From an uncultured Verrucomicrobiae bacterium (lineage in GTDB: Bacteria; Verrucomicrobiota; Verrucomicrobiia; Palsa-1439): a stretch of DNA of 64,000 nucleotides. The stretch lies in contig CAWEWF010000010.1 in NCBI GenBank assembly GCA_963812605.1, forward strand, positions 179,678 to 243,677, in the 5' to 3' direction. The stretch's first letter is position 1. The number at the start of each line of letters is the position of its first letter. Under the pieces are notes generated by a model that saw only the letters and a program-made list of their open reading frames with translations, was not told where the DNA came from and did not search any database. Positions 10,123 to 25,105 of this stretch are shown in pieces. Position numbers and translations under genes: made by a program.

Positions 10123-10386
10123 ATGGGAGAAGCTTTGGTCGGGCAATTCTATTACGTTTACATCCTTCAGAGCTGCAAGAATTCGAATCGCTTCTACACC
10201 GGGTTTACGGAGAACTTCAAGGAGCGACTTGCCGAGCACAACGCGGGGAAGTCACTTCACACGAAAGCACTTCGTCCCTGGCGCATCAAGACTTGCATTG
10301 CCTTTACTGATCGCAAATCGGCCCTGGACTTCGAGCGTTATCTCAAGACCGCATCGGGACGAGCATTCGCCAAAAAGCGTTTGTAG
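10123..10386 (+). CDS. Small GIY-YIG nuclease family protein
   Basis: YYVYILQS...FYTGFT...RLAEHN...FERYLK. Confidence 0.85.
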   Translation: MGEALVGQFYYVYILQSCKNSNRFYTGFTENFKERLAEHNAGKSLHTKALRPWRIKTCIAFTDRKSALDFERYLKTASGRAFAKKRL

Positions 10387-10801
10387 AAGCACGTGAGTGC
10401 CAGCGATAATTGTCGGGGAGGTAGATCAACAAGTCGGTCTGTTCAGCGGGATTGAGGCAAAAGTGCATTCAGCTTCACCTACAGGGCAAGAGAGAGTCTT
10501 ACCGTCAGCTTGCATTGCGTTAAACACGCCCGCTGAGAGACAAAACGCTGACCGAAAAGGCGTGCCGGAACGACCTTGACAGGACGGGTAAGGGTTTGGT
10601 ACAGAAGGCCCAGTATCCAAGGGTTGTATGCACAGGATCTGTGAGCCGTTTGTGATGAAATCTGGAGGAATGCAGTCGGATGCGTGAGTGGCACCGTGCC
10701 TGCCCGATGGGGCGGCGCGGTTTTTAATTCTGGCCCCCAAAAACCTTTTTTCCCAAAGTGAATTTCCGAGCAAGCAACATCCCCGATGGAGGTAACAAGA
10801 C

Positions 10802-11002
10802 ATGGCACGCGGCACTGTGAAGTGGTTCAATGAAAAGAAGGGTTTCGGTTTCATTCAGCAGGAGGGTGGAGCGGACGTATTCGTCCACTTTTCGGCCATT
10901 CAGGGTGACGGATTCAAGACCCTGGCCGAGGGGCAAGCCGTGGAGTTCGAGATCATCGAGGACGCGAAGGGCGCCAAGGCCCAGAACGTCACCCGGGTCT
11001 AG
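10802..11002 (+). CDS. cspA: Cold-shock protein
   Basis: [12 protein letters not shown] and [12 protein letters not shown] motifs; SD GGAGG; TTGACA at 10576 implies a ~190-nt 5' UTR. Confidence 0.93.
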   Translation: MARGTVKWFNEKKGFGFIQQEGGADVFVHFSAIQGDGFKTLAEGQAVEFEIIEDAKGAKAQNVTRV

Positions 11003-11182
11003 GCTGCTGGAGCGCCGCGGGAATGCGGCCAGTTTTTTTGAGCCGGGGTGGGTGGGAGGGCAACGACTGTGCGCAAAACGCGGAAGCGCTGGCGTTTGCA
11101 GCGCGTTCGCGCATGGAAATGGCTTCACGTAGTGCTGCGATGCCCATAAAATCTTGCTCCGGGAGCAAATTGAAAATAGTTC

Positions 11183-11300
11183 TTGCATCCGCGCGGGGCG
11201 GTCTGTAGTTTGGCCGTCCTTTGACAGGGAAACGGCCGCGGGATCGCGGTAAAAATTTTTGTTTGATGGGCTTGACAGGCATGGGGAGTGCGAGTACATA
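11183..11300 (+). promoter_or_regulatory. Tandem rRNA promoters P1/P2
   Basis: TTGCAT-17-TAGTTT (11183-11211) and TTGACA-17-TACATA (11272-11300), each with AT-rich upstream DNA; boxA-like GTTCTTTGAAAA at ~11487. Confidence 0.7.
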
Positions 11301-11685
11301 GAGGGTGCCTGCAAGGGGACGTTTCGGACGGTTCTTTAGGAGCGCGACAAACTCTAATCCCGAGAGCGGGTTTGCTGTCGCCTGAAAACAGAAGTGATCA
11401 GCGGTTAGACATGAGCGTTCAGCCCGACGGCTGAGAGTTCATTATCTGAAAGTTGATTACACGCGCCGCCAATGGCGTCGCGTCGCGTTCTTTGAAAATT
11501 GAAAGTGCGATACGTGAGAGCCCACGTTTGTCTCGGCGCAAGTCGGGATGGACAAATTGAGTAGTAACAGACCAGTTGGTTAGCCCTAACTGGTCGCTCA
11601 ACGTGGAATCGGTCGGATCAGCAATGGCCCCGAAAGGGGGCATTGACGCTTCGGAGCAATTCGGGGCAGGTCTGGTTGATTTTTT

Positions 11686-13243
<1,558 letters not shown>

Positions 13244-13424
13244 CCTTGATCCGGGACTTCGGTCTCGGATCGGATCCTAGGTCGAATCCCGTCCTGCGCA
13301 AGCAGGGCTGGGACGCTTAAACGTATCGCACTTTTCAGTTTTCGAGGAGCCACTGTTCTTTACAAACGTGAAGTACTGGAGAAAATACCTTCTGGGGCAA
13401 AGCGATCCCAGGCCGAGCCCCAGC

Positions 13425-13500
13425 GGGGCCGTAGCTCAATTGGTAGAGCGCCTGCTTTGCAAGCAGGAGGTCACGAGTTCGACTCTCGTCGGCTCCACCA
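13425..13500 (+). tRNA. tRNA-Ala (TGC)
   Basis: GGGGCCG acceptor stem, anticodon TGC, GTTCGA, CCA; in the rRNA spacer. Confidence 0.96.
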
Positions 13501-13522
13501 GTTTCGGCGCCACGCGCCGCCT

Positions 13523-13599
13523 GGGCGCGTAGCTCAGCTGGTTAGAGCATGCGCTTGATAAGCGCAGGGTCATAGGTTCGAATCCTATCGCGCCCACCA
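13523..13599 (+). tRNA. tRNA-Ile (GAT)
   Basis: GGGCGCG acceptor stem, anticodon GAT, GTTCGAATCC, CCA. Confidence 0.96.
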
Positions 13600-13743
13600 G
13601 TTTTCGCGGTTCAATTTTCGCCCCGCTCGGCGGGGCGGATGTTCTTTGACAATTGCATACAGTGTAGTGGGTATAAAAAACTACATAATGCTGAGAATAT
13701 TTGTTCTGGAACTCTTGTAGAAGAGAACCAGACGGATAGTTTG

Positions 13744-16665
<2,922 letters not shown>

Positions 16666-16847
16666 TTAAATTTCCTTCGCAAGAAGGAGCGATTTAACAA
16701 ATCAGCATTGTGTAGTCTTGCCCCCTTGCTGTATGCAATTATCAGAGAACCTGTTCTTTCACAAAGCTGTCAGTCGTCCGCCCGGTTCACCGGGCCAGCG
16801 TCCCGCTTTTCGAATGCGGAACGCCGACTCCTGACAGCTTGAGATTT

Positions 16848-16963
16848 CCCGGTAGTTTTGCCGCAGTGGTCCCACCCGTTCCCATTCCGAACACGGCCGT
16901 GAAACGCTGCAGGGCCGATGGTAGTGCCTGTATAGCTTGCGCGAGAGTAGGTCGCTGCCGGGG
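16848..16963 (+). rRNA. rrf: 5S rRNA
   Basis: CCCATTCCGAACAC, CGATGGTAGT, GAGAGTAGG; terminal CCCGG/CCGGG stem. Confidence 0.95.
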
Positions 16964-16971
16964 TAATTTGG

Positions 16972-17005
16972 AAAAGCCCGCGTTGAAAAATCAGCGCGGG
17001 CTTTT
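16972..17005. terminator. Bidirectional intrinsic terminator
   Basis: AAAAGCCCGCGTTGA-loop-TCAGCGCGGGCTTTT between 5S and a convergent CDS. Confidence 0.85.
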
Positions 17006-18408
17006 CATTTGGGGATTGGGGATGGTTGCTGGCTCTTAATTGCGGCCTGGCGGTCATCATGCGCCGCAATAAAATCCCGGAGAAAATCAATCAAGGCATC
17101 GCCCCAGATGCCGGTATGATTGTCTACGATGTCCTTGGTGGCAGAGATCACCAAAAAGGGCTTGTGCTTCGCAGGGACTGGCTGGCCGGGGTAGGGAAGG
17201 AGGTCCCACTGGCGATTCGTAATCGCGCTGAGCTGCGCGATCAGCCCTTCTGATAACGATGGGATTTGCGCCCGATGCCGTCTGGGAATGTTAATATCTG
17301 TGTCCTGATGGTCGGAGGCTGTGGCGGCAGCGGAGTTGGTATGCCCAATACCTGTCAGCCGATAATCAAAATACGAGTTGTAATGCCCGAGGGCCTTCCG
17401 GTTCATCACACGCTCGTCGGAGTCCGTCTTAAAGTTTTGCAATAGCGATGGGAAGAACTGTCCTACCGGAAAGGCGATTCCAGTAGCGGTATCGTTTTGC
17501 GCGCCGATCGTCATGAGCACTGTGTTTTGGTAGGGATTGAATTCGGTGCAATTCGTCGTGGCTTCGGCCAGCCCGGAGTAGAGCAATGTTTCAAATGCCG
17601 GGTTCAGCAGCACCACCAGATCGGTGTCACCGGCGGTGATGACACGTACGCTCTTAGATTCACCATGCTCAGAGAGAACCATGCTCTCTAATGTGTTCTT
17701 CTTAAGAATGTTATCCAGGGCCGAAAAAACAATGGCGCCTCCGAAACTGTGGCCGATGACTACCAGCCGCGTCCCGTAGCGTTTGTCAGGCGGTTCAAAC
17801 GCTATCAGCCGGCGTTTAAGATCCTCCAAGTGGACCAGAAGTTCGTCCATGTCGCCGCGGCCGATTTTGTGCGCCGCCTTCTTGCGGCTCCAAAATGTCA
17901 GCCACTTTATCAAAGGCAGTCGTTGTGATTGGCCTCTCCAGCCGACGTATACTCCAATGATTCTCCGCCCATCCGGCCCTTCATCCTGGTACCAGTCGTA
18001 AAGCGTGCGCCGAAAGCACCGGACGGTCGCGTTAACGACATCCGCGTTTTCCTGCCACCCATGGACAAACACGAGGATGATGGCGCCATTTTGCTTCGCC
18101 TTTGCGTCGTTAACCAATCCGTCAAGCGCAATTAACTGCTGCTCCTTATTCCAAAACTTGCCCTGATCGTCGAACTCAACGACGCTCAGATCAAACTGCT
18201 GGTAGCTTTCGACAATTCGTTCACCCACCCGTTTGGCAAAAGCGTCGTGGGGCAGATGTTTCAGGTTGTTGTAATCACCCAGCGAGTCCTTGCCCAGGGG
18301 ATCAGAGACAACAAGGGTTCTGATTTGCTGGTGCGGAGTTGTGCCCACGCAAGCGGAGAGAAGGCAGAGGGCCAGACCACAGGTCGCAATTAGCGGAGTG
18401 CGTGACAT
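17005..18408 (-). CDS. Putative lipoprotein, alpha/beta-hydrolase-like
   Basis: Lipobox LSAC; VEFDDQG, FVHGW, GHSFG nucleophile elbow, late His (DNHTGIW). Confidence 0.7.
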   Translation of the reverse strand: MSRTPLIATCGLALCLLSACVGTTPHQQIRTLVVSDPLGKDSLGDYNNLKHLPHDAFAKRVGERIVESYQQFDLSVVEFDDQGKFWNKEQQLIALDGLVNDAKAKQNGAIILVFVHGWQENADVVNATVRCFRRTLYDWYQDEGPDGRRIIGVYVGWRGQSQRLPLIKWLTFWSRKKAAHKIGRGDMDELLVHLEDLKRRLIAFEPPDKRYGTRLVVIGHSFGGAIVFSALDNILKKNTLESMVLSEHGESKSVRVITAGDTDLVVLLNPAFETLLYSGLAEATTNCTEFNPYQNTVLMTIGAQNDTATGIAFPVGQFFPSLLQNFKTDSDERVMNRKALGHYNSYFDYRLTGIGHTNSAAATASDHQDTDINIPRRHRAQIPSLSEGLIAQLSAITNRQWDLLPYPGQPVPAKHKPFLVISATKDIVDNHTGIWGDALIDFLRDFIAAHDDRQAAIKSQQPSPIPK

Positions 18409-18480
18409 GAACTGTCCTTTCCCACCACAGGGACCAGCCAAGTGGCTGTTCACGACGTTATTGTTGGCGGCACACAGCAG

Positions 18481-19317
18481 TTACGGAACCGTGTCTTTTG
18501 TGAGCTTCGTGAGGGTCTTCCACATTTCATCGGGCTTGTCGCAATCGAGTAATGCCTTGCGCGCTTCCGTTGACTCAAATGTCCGCACCAATCCCGCCAG
18601 CAGCCTCAGATAAAAAGCCGTCGCCGCTGTCGGGATCACAATAAAAAAGAAAATCTTGCTCAAATGATCTCCGGTCGCACCGAAATCGAGGCCTTTCTCT
18701 TTCAAGCCCACGGCAAACGTCAACCCGCCGCCTTCCACGTCGCGTACATGCGGAAACGCCAGTCCGTGTTCAACCGCCGTGCTCACAATCGCTTCGCGGC
18801 GCAACGCCAATTCCGTCACCGTGGCCGTGTCCTCCACAAAGCCCCCTTCACCCAGCGCCTTCGACAGTTCACTAATAACCTCTTCACGGCTCGTCGCCGC
18901 CAGCTTGGGCACCATCAAGTTCGCCGCCGAGAAGCGCGCGATGCCGACTTCCACCGGGCGATTTCCGTCAAACTTCTTCTTGGGTGTGCGCGCGATCGTG
19001 TCGGGAAAGAAAAGAAATCGGCCACAATGCGGGCAATACTGCAATTGCTCGCCGGCTTTCGCCGCGTTCACGACATTGGCGGGTACCGCCAGGCCGCAGC
19101 GCGAACAATTCCCGTGCGCCAGCGGGATCACGGCCAGCGGATAGCGCTTCTGCAACCGGTCGTATCGATCGGCCACATCGGGCGGCAATTGCCCGCGAAT
19201 TTTCGCGATGGATTTCTCCAACTGCGCGAGCGGCATCTGCGAGTTCGAGGCTTTCTGCTCCTCCTTGGCAAAGTTTAGTTCCTGTAACTGGATCAATTGA
19301 TTGAGAATGCTCTTCAT
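18481..19317 (-). CDS. C4 zinc-ribbon / PTS EIIA (Fru/Ntr-type) fusion protein
   Basis: Coiled coil, CSRC...CPHCGRFL, then EIIA with RREAIVSTAVEHGLAFPH. Confidence 0.8.
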   Translation of the reverse strand: MKSILNQLIQLQELNFAKEEQKASNSQMPLAQLEKSIAKIRGQLPPDVADRYDRLQKRYPLAVIPLAHGNCSRCGLAVPANVVNAAKAGEQLQYCPHCGRFLFFPDTIARTPKKKFDGNRPVEVGIARFSAANLMVPKLAATSREEVISELSKALGEGGFVEDTATVTELALRREAIVSTAVEHGLAFPHVRDVEGGGLTFAVGLKEKGLDFGATGDHLSKIFFFIVIPTAATAFYLRLLAGLVRTFESTEARKALLDCDKPDEMWKTLTKLTKDTVP

Positions 19318-19425
19318 TGGAATTCTAGTCGGTTGGATGGCACAAACTCGATTATAAGGCTTTTTCGCTTCTTCGCAAAGACTAATCACTTTCCCTCTGC
19401 TGCGTCTCACGCTAACATACAGGCG

Positions 19426-20124
19426 ATGATTCGCGCTCAAACACGTTTTGGTGACATCATGCTCGGCGCCATTCCGCGTGTCGTTGGGACTGTCTCCCAA
19501 CCGGATACGCTCGCTCAACTCGTTGCGGGCGCAAATTACGACTGCGATATTGTCGAAATCCGTCTCGACCTCATCGGTTCCGGCGCGCCACAGTGGCTGG
19601 AAAACGCCCGAACCCTTGAGGCGCGTGGTTTGCCCGTCCTTGTCACCGTTCGGATCGCCGAAGAAGGCGGCCAATGGAAGCAAGCCGATGAGATGCGCCT
19701 GCCTTTATTCGATACCGCACTGCATCAACTTGCCGCCGTTGACATCGAATTGCGCAGCCCGATCCTGGAGCAGGTTTCCGCACTGGCCAGTCGTTGCCAA
19801 CGCGCACTTATTATTTCGTACCACGATTTCCAGAGAACTCCGCCAATCGACGAACTCAAAAAAGTCATGGCCAGGGCTGCCAACTTCGGCACCGTCGTCA
19901 AGATTGCCACGTTCACCAGGACCGAAGAAGACGTCGCTACACTGCGAACATTGTTCCACGAGAACTGTTCCGCCGCGCTTTGTGTGCTGGGCATGGGGCC
20001 GCTTGGGCCGCAGACCCGCGTTGAATTTCCGAAATTGGGTTCGTGTCTGACGTATGGCTACCTGGACGCGCCCGTCGCGCCGGGACAAGTTTCCGCGCGT
20101 GAATTAATGCAGCAGTTGCGCTAA
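19426..20124 (+). CDS. aroD: Type I 3-dehydroquinate dehydratase
   Basis: VEIRLD, TVRxxEEGG, SYHDFQRTP, VKIA, MGPLG, APGQ. Confidence 0.9.
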   Translation: MIRAQTRFGDIMLGAIPRVVGTVSQPDTLAQLVAGANYDCDIVEIRLDLIGSGAPQWLENARTLEARGLPVLVTVRIAEEGGQWKQADEMRLPLFDTALHQLAAVDIELRSPILEQVSALASRCQRALIISYHDFQRTPPIDELKKVMARAANFGTVVKIATFTRTEEDVATLRTLFHENCSAALCVLGMGPLGPQTRVEFPKLGSCLTYGYLDAPVAPGQVSARELMQQLR

Positions 20125-20919
20125 ACGCTCGGCCGCGATCTGGCAGTACTTCTTCGAAACATCAACATGGATAAAATGCCGGCCTGTTTTCTTGGCGATG
20201 ACCGCCACGGTCCCGGTCCCGCCGAACGGATCCAGCACGGCATTGCCACGAAAGCTGTAGAACTTCACGAGCCGGTAAATCAATTCTTCGGGAAATGGCG
20301 CAGGGTGGCTTCCGGTTCTTGTTTCGCGTTGTTTTCGTCCCGACTTCGGAGGATAGAGACTCTTTAGAAATGGCTGACGCCCGCGCGTCTCCGGGGGAAT
20401 TTGCCAGAAGCCGTCGGAAAATCTGATGAACTCCTCGCCGGCAATATCGGCGTCCTGCTTGTCGCCGTCGAGAGTCCAGAAACCCTTTGAGAACACGAGC
20501 ACGTATTCCCAACTGGGGATAATGTGCGGGTTGCGCGGGCTTTTCCAGGAGCCCCACGCGGTGCGGCGGCGCATCGTCTGTTTGTACCACAGAATCTCAG
20601 TGCGCATGATGAATCCAAGACCACGCAACTGCGCCGCCATGTCGTAGTGGATCGGCTTGAAGTCCTTGATGCTGGTCGGAGCGATGTTCAACGCGAAGCG
20701 TCCACCGTCCACAAGGAGACGATGAAGTTCGCGCCACACCGGCAGCAGCCACGCAAGGTACTCGTCGTAAGACATATGGTCGTTGTGGCCGTCATAATCG
20801 AGCCCGACGTTGTACGGCGGCGACGTGATGGCGAGATGCACGCATTTATCGGGCAAGGTTTGCAGCACCTCGCGGCAATCGCCACGGAGGATGCGGTCCT
20901 TCCAGACGGTTTTTTTCAT
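20104..20919 (-). CDS. Orphan beta-class amino-DNA methyltransferase (SPPY, probably m4C)
   Basis: TSPPYN before HPAPFP and LDPFGGTGT; no adjacent endonuclease; alternative start at 20937. Confidence 0.88.
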   Translation of the reverse strand: MKKTVWKDRILRGDCREVLQTLPDKCVHLAITSPPYNVGLDYDGHNDHMSYDEYLAWLLPVWRELHRLLVDGGRFALNIAPTSIKDFKPIHYDMAAQLRGLGFIMRTEILWYKQTMRRRTAWGSWKSPRNPHIIPSWEYVLVFSKGFWTLDGDKQDADIAGEEFIRFSDGFWQIPPETRGRQPFLKSLYPPKSGRKQRETRTGSHPAPFPEELIYRLVKFYSFRGNAVLDPFGGTGTVAVIAKKTGRHFIHVDVSKKYCQIAAERLAQLLH

Positions 20920-20978
20920 GGTTCCCTTATAGCTCATTAGCTTGGTCGCCGGAAGCGGAATCTGCTATAATCCGTCTG

Positions 20979-21494
20979 ATGAAGAATCTGGTCTTGGTGG
21001 GATTCATGGGCAGCGGCAAGACGGACGCCGGCAAGCTCGCAGCCGCGCGGCTGGGGATGACGTTTGTGGACATGGACGAGATCATCGAACAGCGGCATGG
21101 GCAAACGGTTTCCAAAATCTTTGAAACGAAGGGCGAAGCCTTCTTTCGCCTGCAGGAGCGCGCCTTGGTTCGCGAACTGGCTGACCGCCAGGACCGCGTC
21201 ATTGCCACCGGCGGCGGGGTTATTCTGAATCCGAACAACATTCGGGATTTCAGCCGCACGGGGATTGTCATTTGTTGTTGGGTGGACGCCACGGTAGCGC
21301 ATGAGCGCACGAAGAATGCGAAACACCGCCCCTTGTTGGGGGGACAAACCGACCGACTCACGCGGATCAAGGCTCTCTTGCGTGAACGCGAGCACCTTTA
21401 CAAAGCCGTGTCGAACCGTGTCGACACCTCGGCGATGAGTGTGAAGCAGCAGACCGATGAAATCCTCCGCATCTACAAGCAGCAGGCAGGATAG
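20979..21494 (+). CDS. aroK: Shikimate kinase
   Basis: GFMGSGKT, GEAFFR, ATGGG, RPLL. Confidence 0.93.
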   Translation: MKNLVLVGFMGSGKTDAGKLAAARLGMTFVDMDEIIEQRHGQTVSKIFETKGEAFFRLQERALVRELADRQDRVIATGGGVILNPNNIRDFSRTGIVICCWVDATVAHERTKNAKHRPLLGGQTDRLTRIKALLREREHLYKAVSNRVDTSAMSVKQQTDEILRIYKQQAG

Positions 21495-22563
21495 CAACAC
21501 GGCCCCGGGGTCCTTCGGGCTTGAGCAGCAGATCAAAGCCCGCGCCCGCGACATCGGTTTCGATCTTGTCGGCATCACAACCGCCCAGCCGCCGCAACAT
21601 TCCCAGCACCTGCAGCAGTGGCTCGCAAAAGATTTTCATGGCGAGATGGGTTATCTGGCTCGGAATGTCGACAAGCGGGTTAATCCCTCCAAAATACTGG
21701 GCGATGCACGGTCAATTGTGGTGGTTGGTTTGAATTACTATGGCGGCGATCACGACCGAACAGGTCGCGTCGCGCGTTATGCCTGGGGCGCGCGCGACTA
21801 CCACGAAGTGATGTCGGGAAAGTTGGAACAGCTATCGAGGAACATCGCCGAAATCGGCGGACCGGGCACACGATGTCTTGGGTATGTCGATACCGGTCCT
21901 ATCCTCGAGCGCGACCTCGCACAGCGCGCCGGCATCGGATTCATTGGCAAGCATACCAATCTCGTCAGCCGTCAACTTGGCAATTGGCTTTTCCTCGGCG
22001 AAATACTGACGAATCTCGAACTGCCGCCTGACCCGCCGGAACGCGAATACTGCGGCACCTGCCAGCGCTGCATGGATGTCTGCCCCACGCGCGCCATCGT
22101 CGGTCCCTACCAGTTGGATGCGCGCTTGTGCATCAGTTATCTTACGATTGAACTGAAAGGCCCGATCCCCGTTGAACTGCGATCGTTGGTTGGCGATCAC
22201 GTCTTCGGTTGTGACGACTGCCTCGAAGTTTGTCCGTGGAACCGGTTCGCCCAACAATCACCGGTGCGCCAGTTCCAGCGTCGCGACACGCCGCCGTTGA
22301 CGGAATACCTGTCGTGGGACGAAGCGAAGTTCCGCGAGTTTTTTCGGGGCACGCCCATCTTCCGCATCAAACGCCGCGGTTTTCTCCGCAATGTTTGCGT
22401 CGTTCTGGGGAATATCGGCGTCCAATCTGCGTTGCCCGCATTGGAGCGCGCGCGCCAGGATGTCGAGCCGATGGTGGTGGAACACGCAGCCTGGGCGATA
22501 GAGCAAATTCAGCGTCGCCAAAGGCCGAGGATAAACTTTGACACGACTCGAAGTTCGGTTTAA
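21457..22563 (+). CDS. queG: Epoxyqueuosine reductase
   Basis: RYAWGxRDYH, VDTGPILER, CGTCQRCMDVCPT, FGCDDCLEVCPWN; start uncertain. Confidence 0.92.
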   Translation: MKSSASTSSRQDSNTAPGSFGLEQQIKARARDIGFDLVGITTAQPPQHSQHLQQWLAKDFHGEMGYLARNVDKRVNPSKILGDARSIVVVGLNYYGGDHDRTGRVARYAWGARDYHEVMSGKLEQLSRNIAEIGGPGTRCLGYVDTGPILERDLAQRAGIGFIGKHTNLVSRQLGNWLFLGEILTNLELPPDPPEREYCGTCQRCMDVCPTRAIVGPYQLDARLCISYLTIELKGPIPVELRSLVGDHVFGCDDCLEVCPWNRFAQQSPVRQFQRRDTPPLTEYLSWDEAKFREFFRGTPIFRIKRRGFLRNVCVVLGNIGVQSALPALERARQDVEPMVVEHAAWAIEQIQRRQRPRINFDTTRSSV

Positions 22564-22571
22564 GTTTGCAG

Positions 22572-23612
22572 ATGTTTTTCGTTCGTCTCGGAAGCCGTCG
22601 GGAGCTTGCTCTTGTTGTTATTCTCTTGGGAATCTGCACGCTTGCCGGTCGAAACACATTTGCCGACACCAACTTGGTGGATAACGGAACTTGGGTGATC
22701 GACGGCACTGATGATGTGGGGCCAAATCCCACGAATATTGCGCTGTCGGTAAACGGACACGCCACCAACTCGTTCTCCAAGCTGGTATTCTCTTACAATG
22801 TTGGCGGCACGGGCGTCGTGGCGGTATGCACGCTCACGGGCAGTGGTGCTATTCGTCTTTCCTTGCCGCCTCCGGGGGTGTTTGGGGGAACATTCTACAT
22901 GACCAGTTACGAGGATTGCGATGAAGGGCTGATCCCCCCGATGTCGATTGTTGCGCTGGATATTGAAGCAAAAAAAGGGAAGAACGGGGAACTACGGCTT
23001 CAAGGGAAGATTTCCAATTTCACATCGATGGAAGCGAAGGATTTCCTGTTGGAGTTTTCCCCACCGCAGTCTGACTCCATGAGTGTTGACGTGAGTTACA
23101 GTCTGGTTGCCACGCGCGACATTTGCATCAGCCAAACCAACAGCGATGAGGCGGATACTTTTCACGTTGCGAGCATGGCGGCAAATTACCTGTCCACCAA
23201 TGTTCAGGAAAATGATGAGGCGCGCTATCTGAGGGTTACACAGAAAGTCTGTTTCTTTTATGGCTGCGTCGTCACGAAAAAGTCATTTTGTTGGAGCCTG
23301 GTGGATACAAATGGCTTCCTCATCGATAATCCGAAGAAACTTGGCAGCACCACCTTGCATCTGGATCATACGCAGCCGTTGCCCCAGGATACCCCGTCCC
23401 TCAAAGTACAATTTCAGTCGCCTCGGGCTGGAAGCATAAAGCCTCAGGGCTTTACCAACGAATCAAGCGACCCGTCGGATCAAAACGTCAGCGTTTGGGG
23501 AAATTGGAACGCCGCGAAATCCGAGTATGGGAACAAGAAGAAAATCGAAAAATTCCGCTACACGCTGTCGGTAGTTCCGCCCCAGGCTTTTACTTGCGAC
23601 AACTCGAACTAG
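22572..23612 (+). CDS. Secreted hypothetical beta-rich protein
   Basis: Hydrophobic signal-like N terminus; Ser/Thr/Asn-rich; paired Cys; no recognised motif. Confidence 0.6.
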   Translation: MFFVRLGSRRELALVVILLGICTLAGRNTFADTNLVDNGTWVIDGTDDVGPNPTNIALSVNGHATNSFSKLVFSYNVGGTGVVAVCTLTGSGAIRLSLPPPGVFGGTFYMTSYEDCDEGLIPPMSIVALDIEAKKGKNGELRLQGKISNFTSMEAKDFLLEFSPPQSDSMSVDVSYSLVATRDICISQTNSDEADTFHVASMAANYLSTNVQENDEARYLRVTQKVCFFYGCVVTKKSFCWSLVDTNGFLIDNPKKLGSTTLHLDHTQPLPQDTPSLKVQFQSPRAGSIKPQGFTNESSDPSDQNVSVWGNWNAAKSEYGNKKKIEKFRYTLSVVPPQAFTCDNSN

Positions 23613-23638
23613 GGCGCAGCCCACCGAGTGGTCCATTC

Positions 23639-23962
23639 TCAACGGTTTTCCTTCTCCCGCAATTTGTCGGCAAAGCGCTGGTTCATAAACTCGCGTTCGA
23701 ATAACTCGCGCCGGGTTCGCTGCAAGGTGCGCCGGACCAGCAGCATGTCCCCGAGGGCCAGGATGATTGCTCCGAACGTGAGCAGCAAACACCACGTCCA
23801 ATAGAGAACGAATTGGACGCCCTGCAACCGCTCATAAAGGACCGTCATGCCGAGCACGACCATCAGCGCGCAGCCTGTCAGTAACACGCCGCCACAAATG
23901 CGCAATATAATCTGGCCGCGAGAAAGCGGGAGCTTTTCAGGTTGTTGAGTGGCTGGCGCCAT
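23639..23962 (-). CDS. Small 2-TM membrane protein
   Basis: Two hydrophobic helices and a charged tail; directly downstream of the ABC ATPase. Confidence 0.65.
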   Translation of the reverse strand: MAPATQQPEKLPLSRGQIILRICGGVLLTGCALMVVLGMTVLYERLQGVQFVLYWTWCLLLTFGAIILALGDMLLVRRTLQRTRRELFEREFMNQRFADKLREKENR

Positions 23963-23977
23963 GCGCGCCTCAGATGA

Positions 23978-25105
23978 TTAAACGATGACCTGTTCGGTCT
24001 GCGCGTCGAAGAAATGGCTTTTCCGCAAGTCGAACGCCATCTCGAGCTTCTGTCCCACGTCGGCCTTTTCATGAGGATTGACGCGGGCCACAAAACCATG
24101 GCTGCCGGTGTTGAGGTAGAGATAAATCTCCGCGCCCATCGGCTCCACGACCTCCACGGTGGCCGCCGCAGTCTGGTCGGGCTGGGTGAACGAAGCATAT
24201 TGCTTGTTATTGATGTCCTCGGGTCGAGAACCGAATACGACGGTTTTGCCGACATGGCCGGTGAGCTTTTTTGCCAGCTCGTCATTGATCCGCATCGCGA
24301 AGCCCTTCGGGCCGCCAGCGACTGCTTGCTCGACAAACCACAAGGCGCCCGGCCGTTGCTCAATCGTTCCCTTGAAAAAATTCATGGGCGGCGAGCCGAT
24401 GAAGCCCGCGACGAACATGTTCTTCGGATTGTCGTAAAGCGCGATGGGTTCCGCCACCTGCTGGATGAGGCCATCCTTCATCACCACGATACGATCGCCC
24501 ATCGTCATCGCTTCGACCTGGTCATGCGTAACATAAATCATTGTGGAGTTGAGCCGATCGTGAAGCTTGGAAATCTCGGCGCGCATCTGGACGCGCATCT
24601 TGGCGTCGAGATTCGAGAGCGGCTCGTCGAAAAGAAAAGCCTTCGGTTTCCGCACGATGGCGCGGCCCACCGCGACGCGCTGGCGTTGGCCGCCCGAGAG
24701 GGCCTTTGGTTTGCGCTCGAGTTGTTCGTCGGTAATGCCAAGGATTTGCGCGGCCTCGCGCACCCGTTGGTCGATTTCCGTCTTGGGATACTTCCGCAGC
24801 ATGAGACCGAACGCCATGTTTTTGTACACCGTCATGTGCGGGTAGAGTGCGTAATTTTGGAAGACCATGGCGATATCACGGTCTTTGGGCGGGACGTCAT
24901 TGACGCGTTTGCCGTCGATGAAAATGTTGCCGCCAGTAATCTCCTCGAGGCCGGCCACCATGCGGAGCGTCGTCGACTTGCCGCAGCCCGAAGGACCGAC
25001 AAGCACAACGAACTCTTGGTCGCCGATTTCAAGATTGGCGTTGTCGACCGCTTTGAATCCGCCGGGATAGGTTTTGCAAACGTTTTCGAGGAGAACTTTT
25101 GCCAC
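23978..25105 (-). CDS. Carbohydrate ABC transporter ATP-binding protein (MalK/UgpC/MsmX family)
   Basis: [44 protein letters not shown]; GTG start. Confidence 0.92.
   Translation of the reverse strand: MAKVLLENVCKTYPGGFKAVDNANLEIGDQEFVVLVGPSGCGKSTTLRMVAGLEEITGGNIFIDGKRVNDVPPKDRDIAMVFQNYALYPHMTVYKNMAFGLMLRKYPKTEIDQRVREAAQILGITDEQLERKPKALSGGQRQRVAVGRAIVRKPKAFLFDEPLSNLDAKMRVQMRAEISKLHDRLNSTMIYVTHDQVEAMTMGDRIVVMKDGLIQQVAEPIALYDNPKNMFVAGFIGSPPMNFFKGTIEQRPGALWFVEQAVAGGPKGFAMRINDELAKKLTGHVGKTVVFGSRPEDINNKQYASFTQPDQTAAATVEVVEPMGAEIYLYLNTGSHGFVARVNPHEKADVGQKLEMAFDLRKSHFFDAQTEQVIV

Noticed and set aside
19318-19683. N-terminal extension of the 400-aa zinc-ribbon/EIIA ORF
   Set aside because: It overlaps aroD antisense. 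The coding pattern starts at MKSILNQ (19317).
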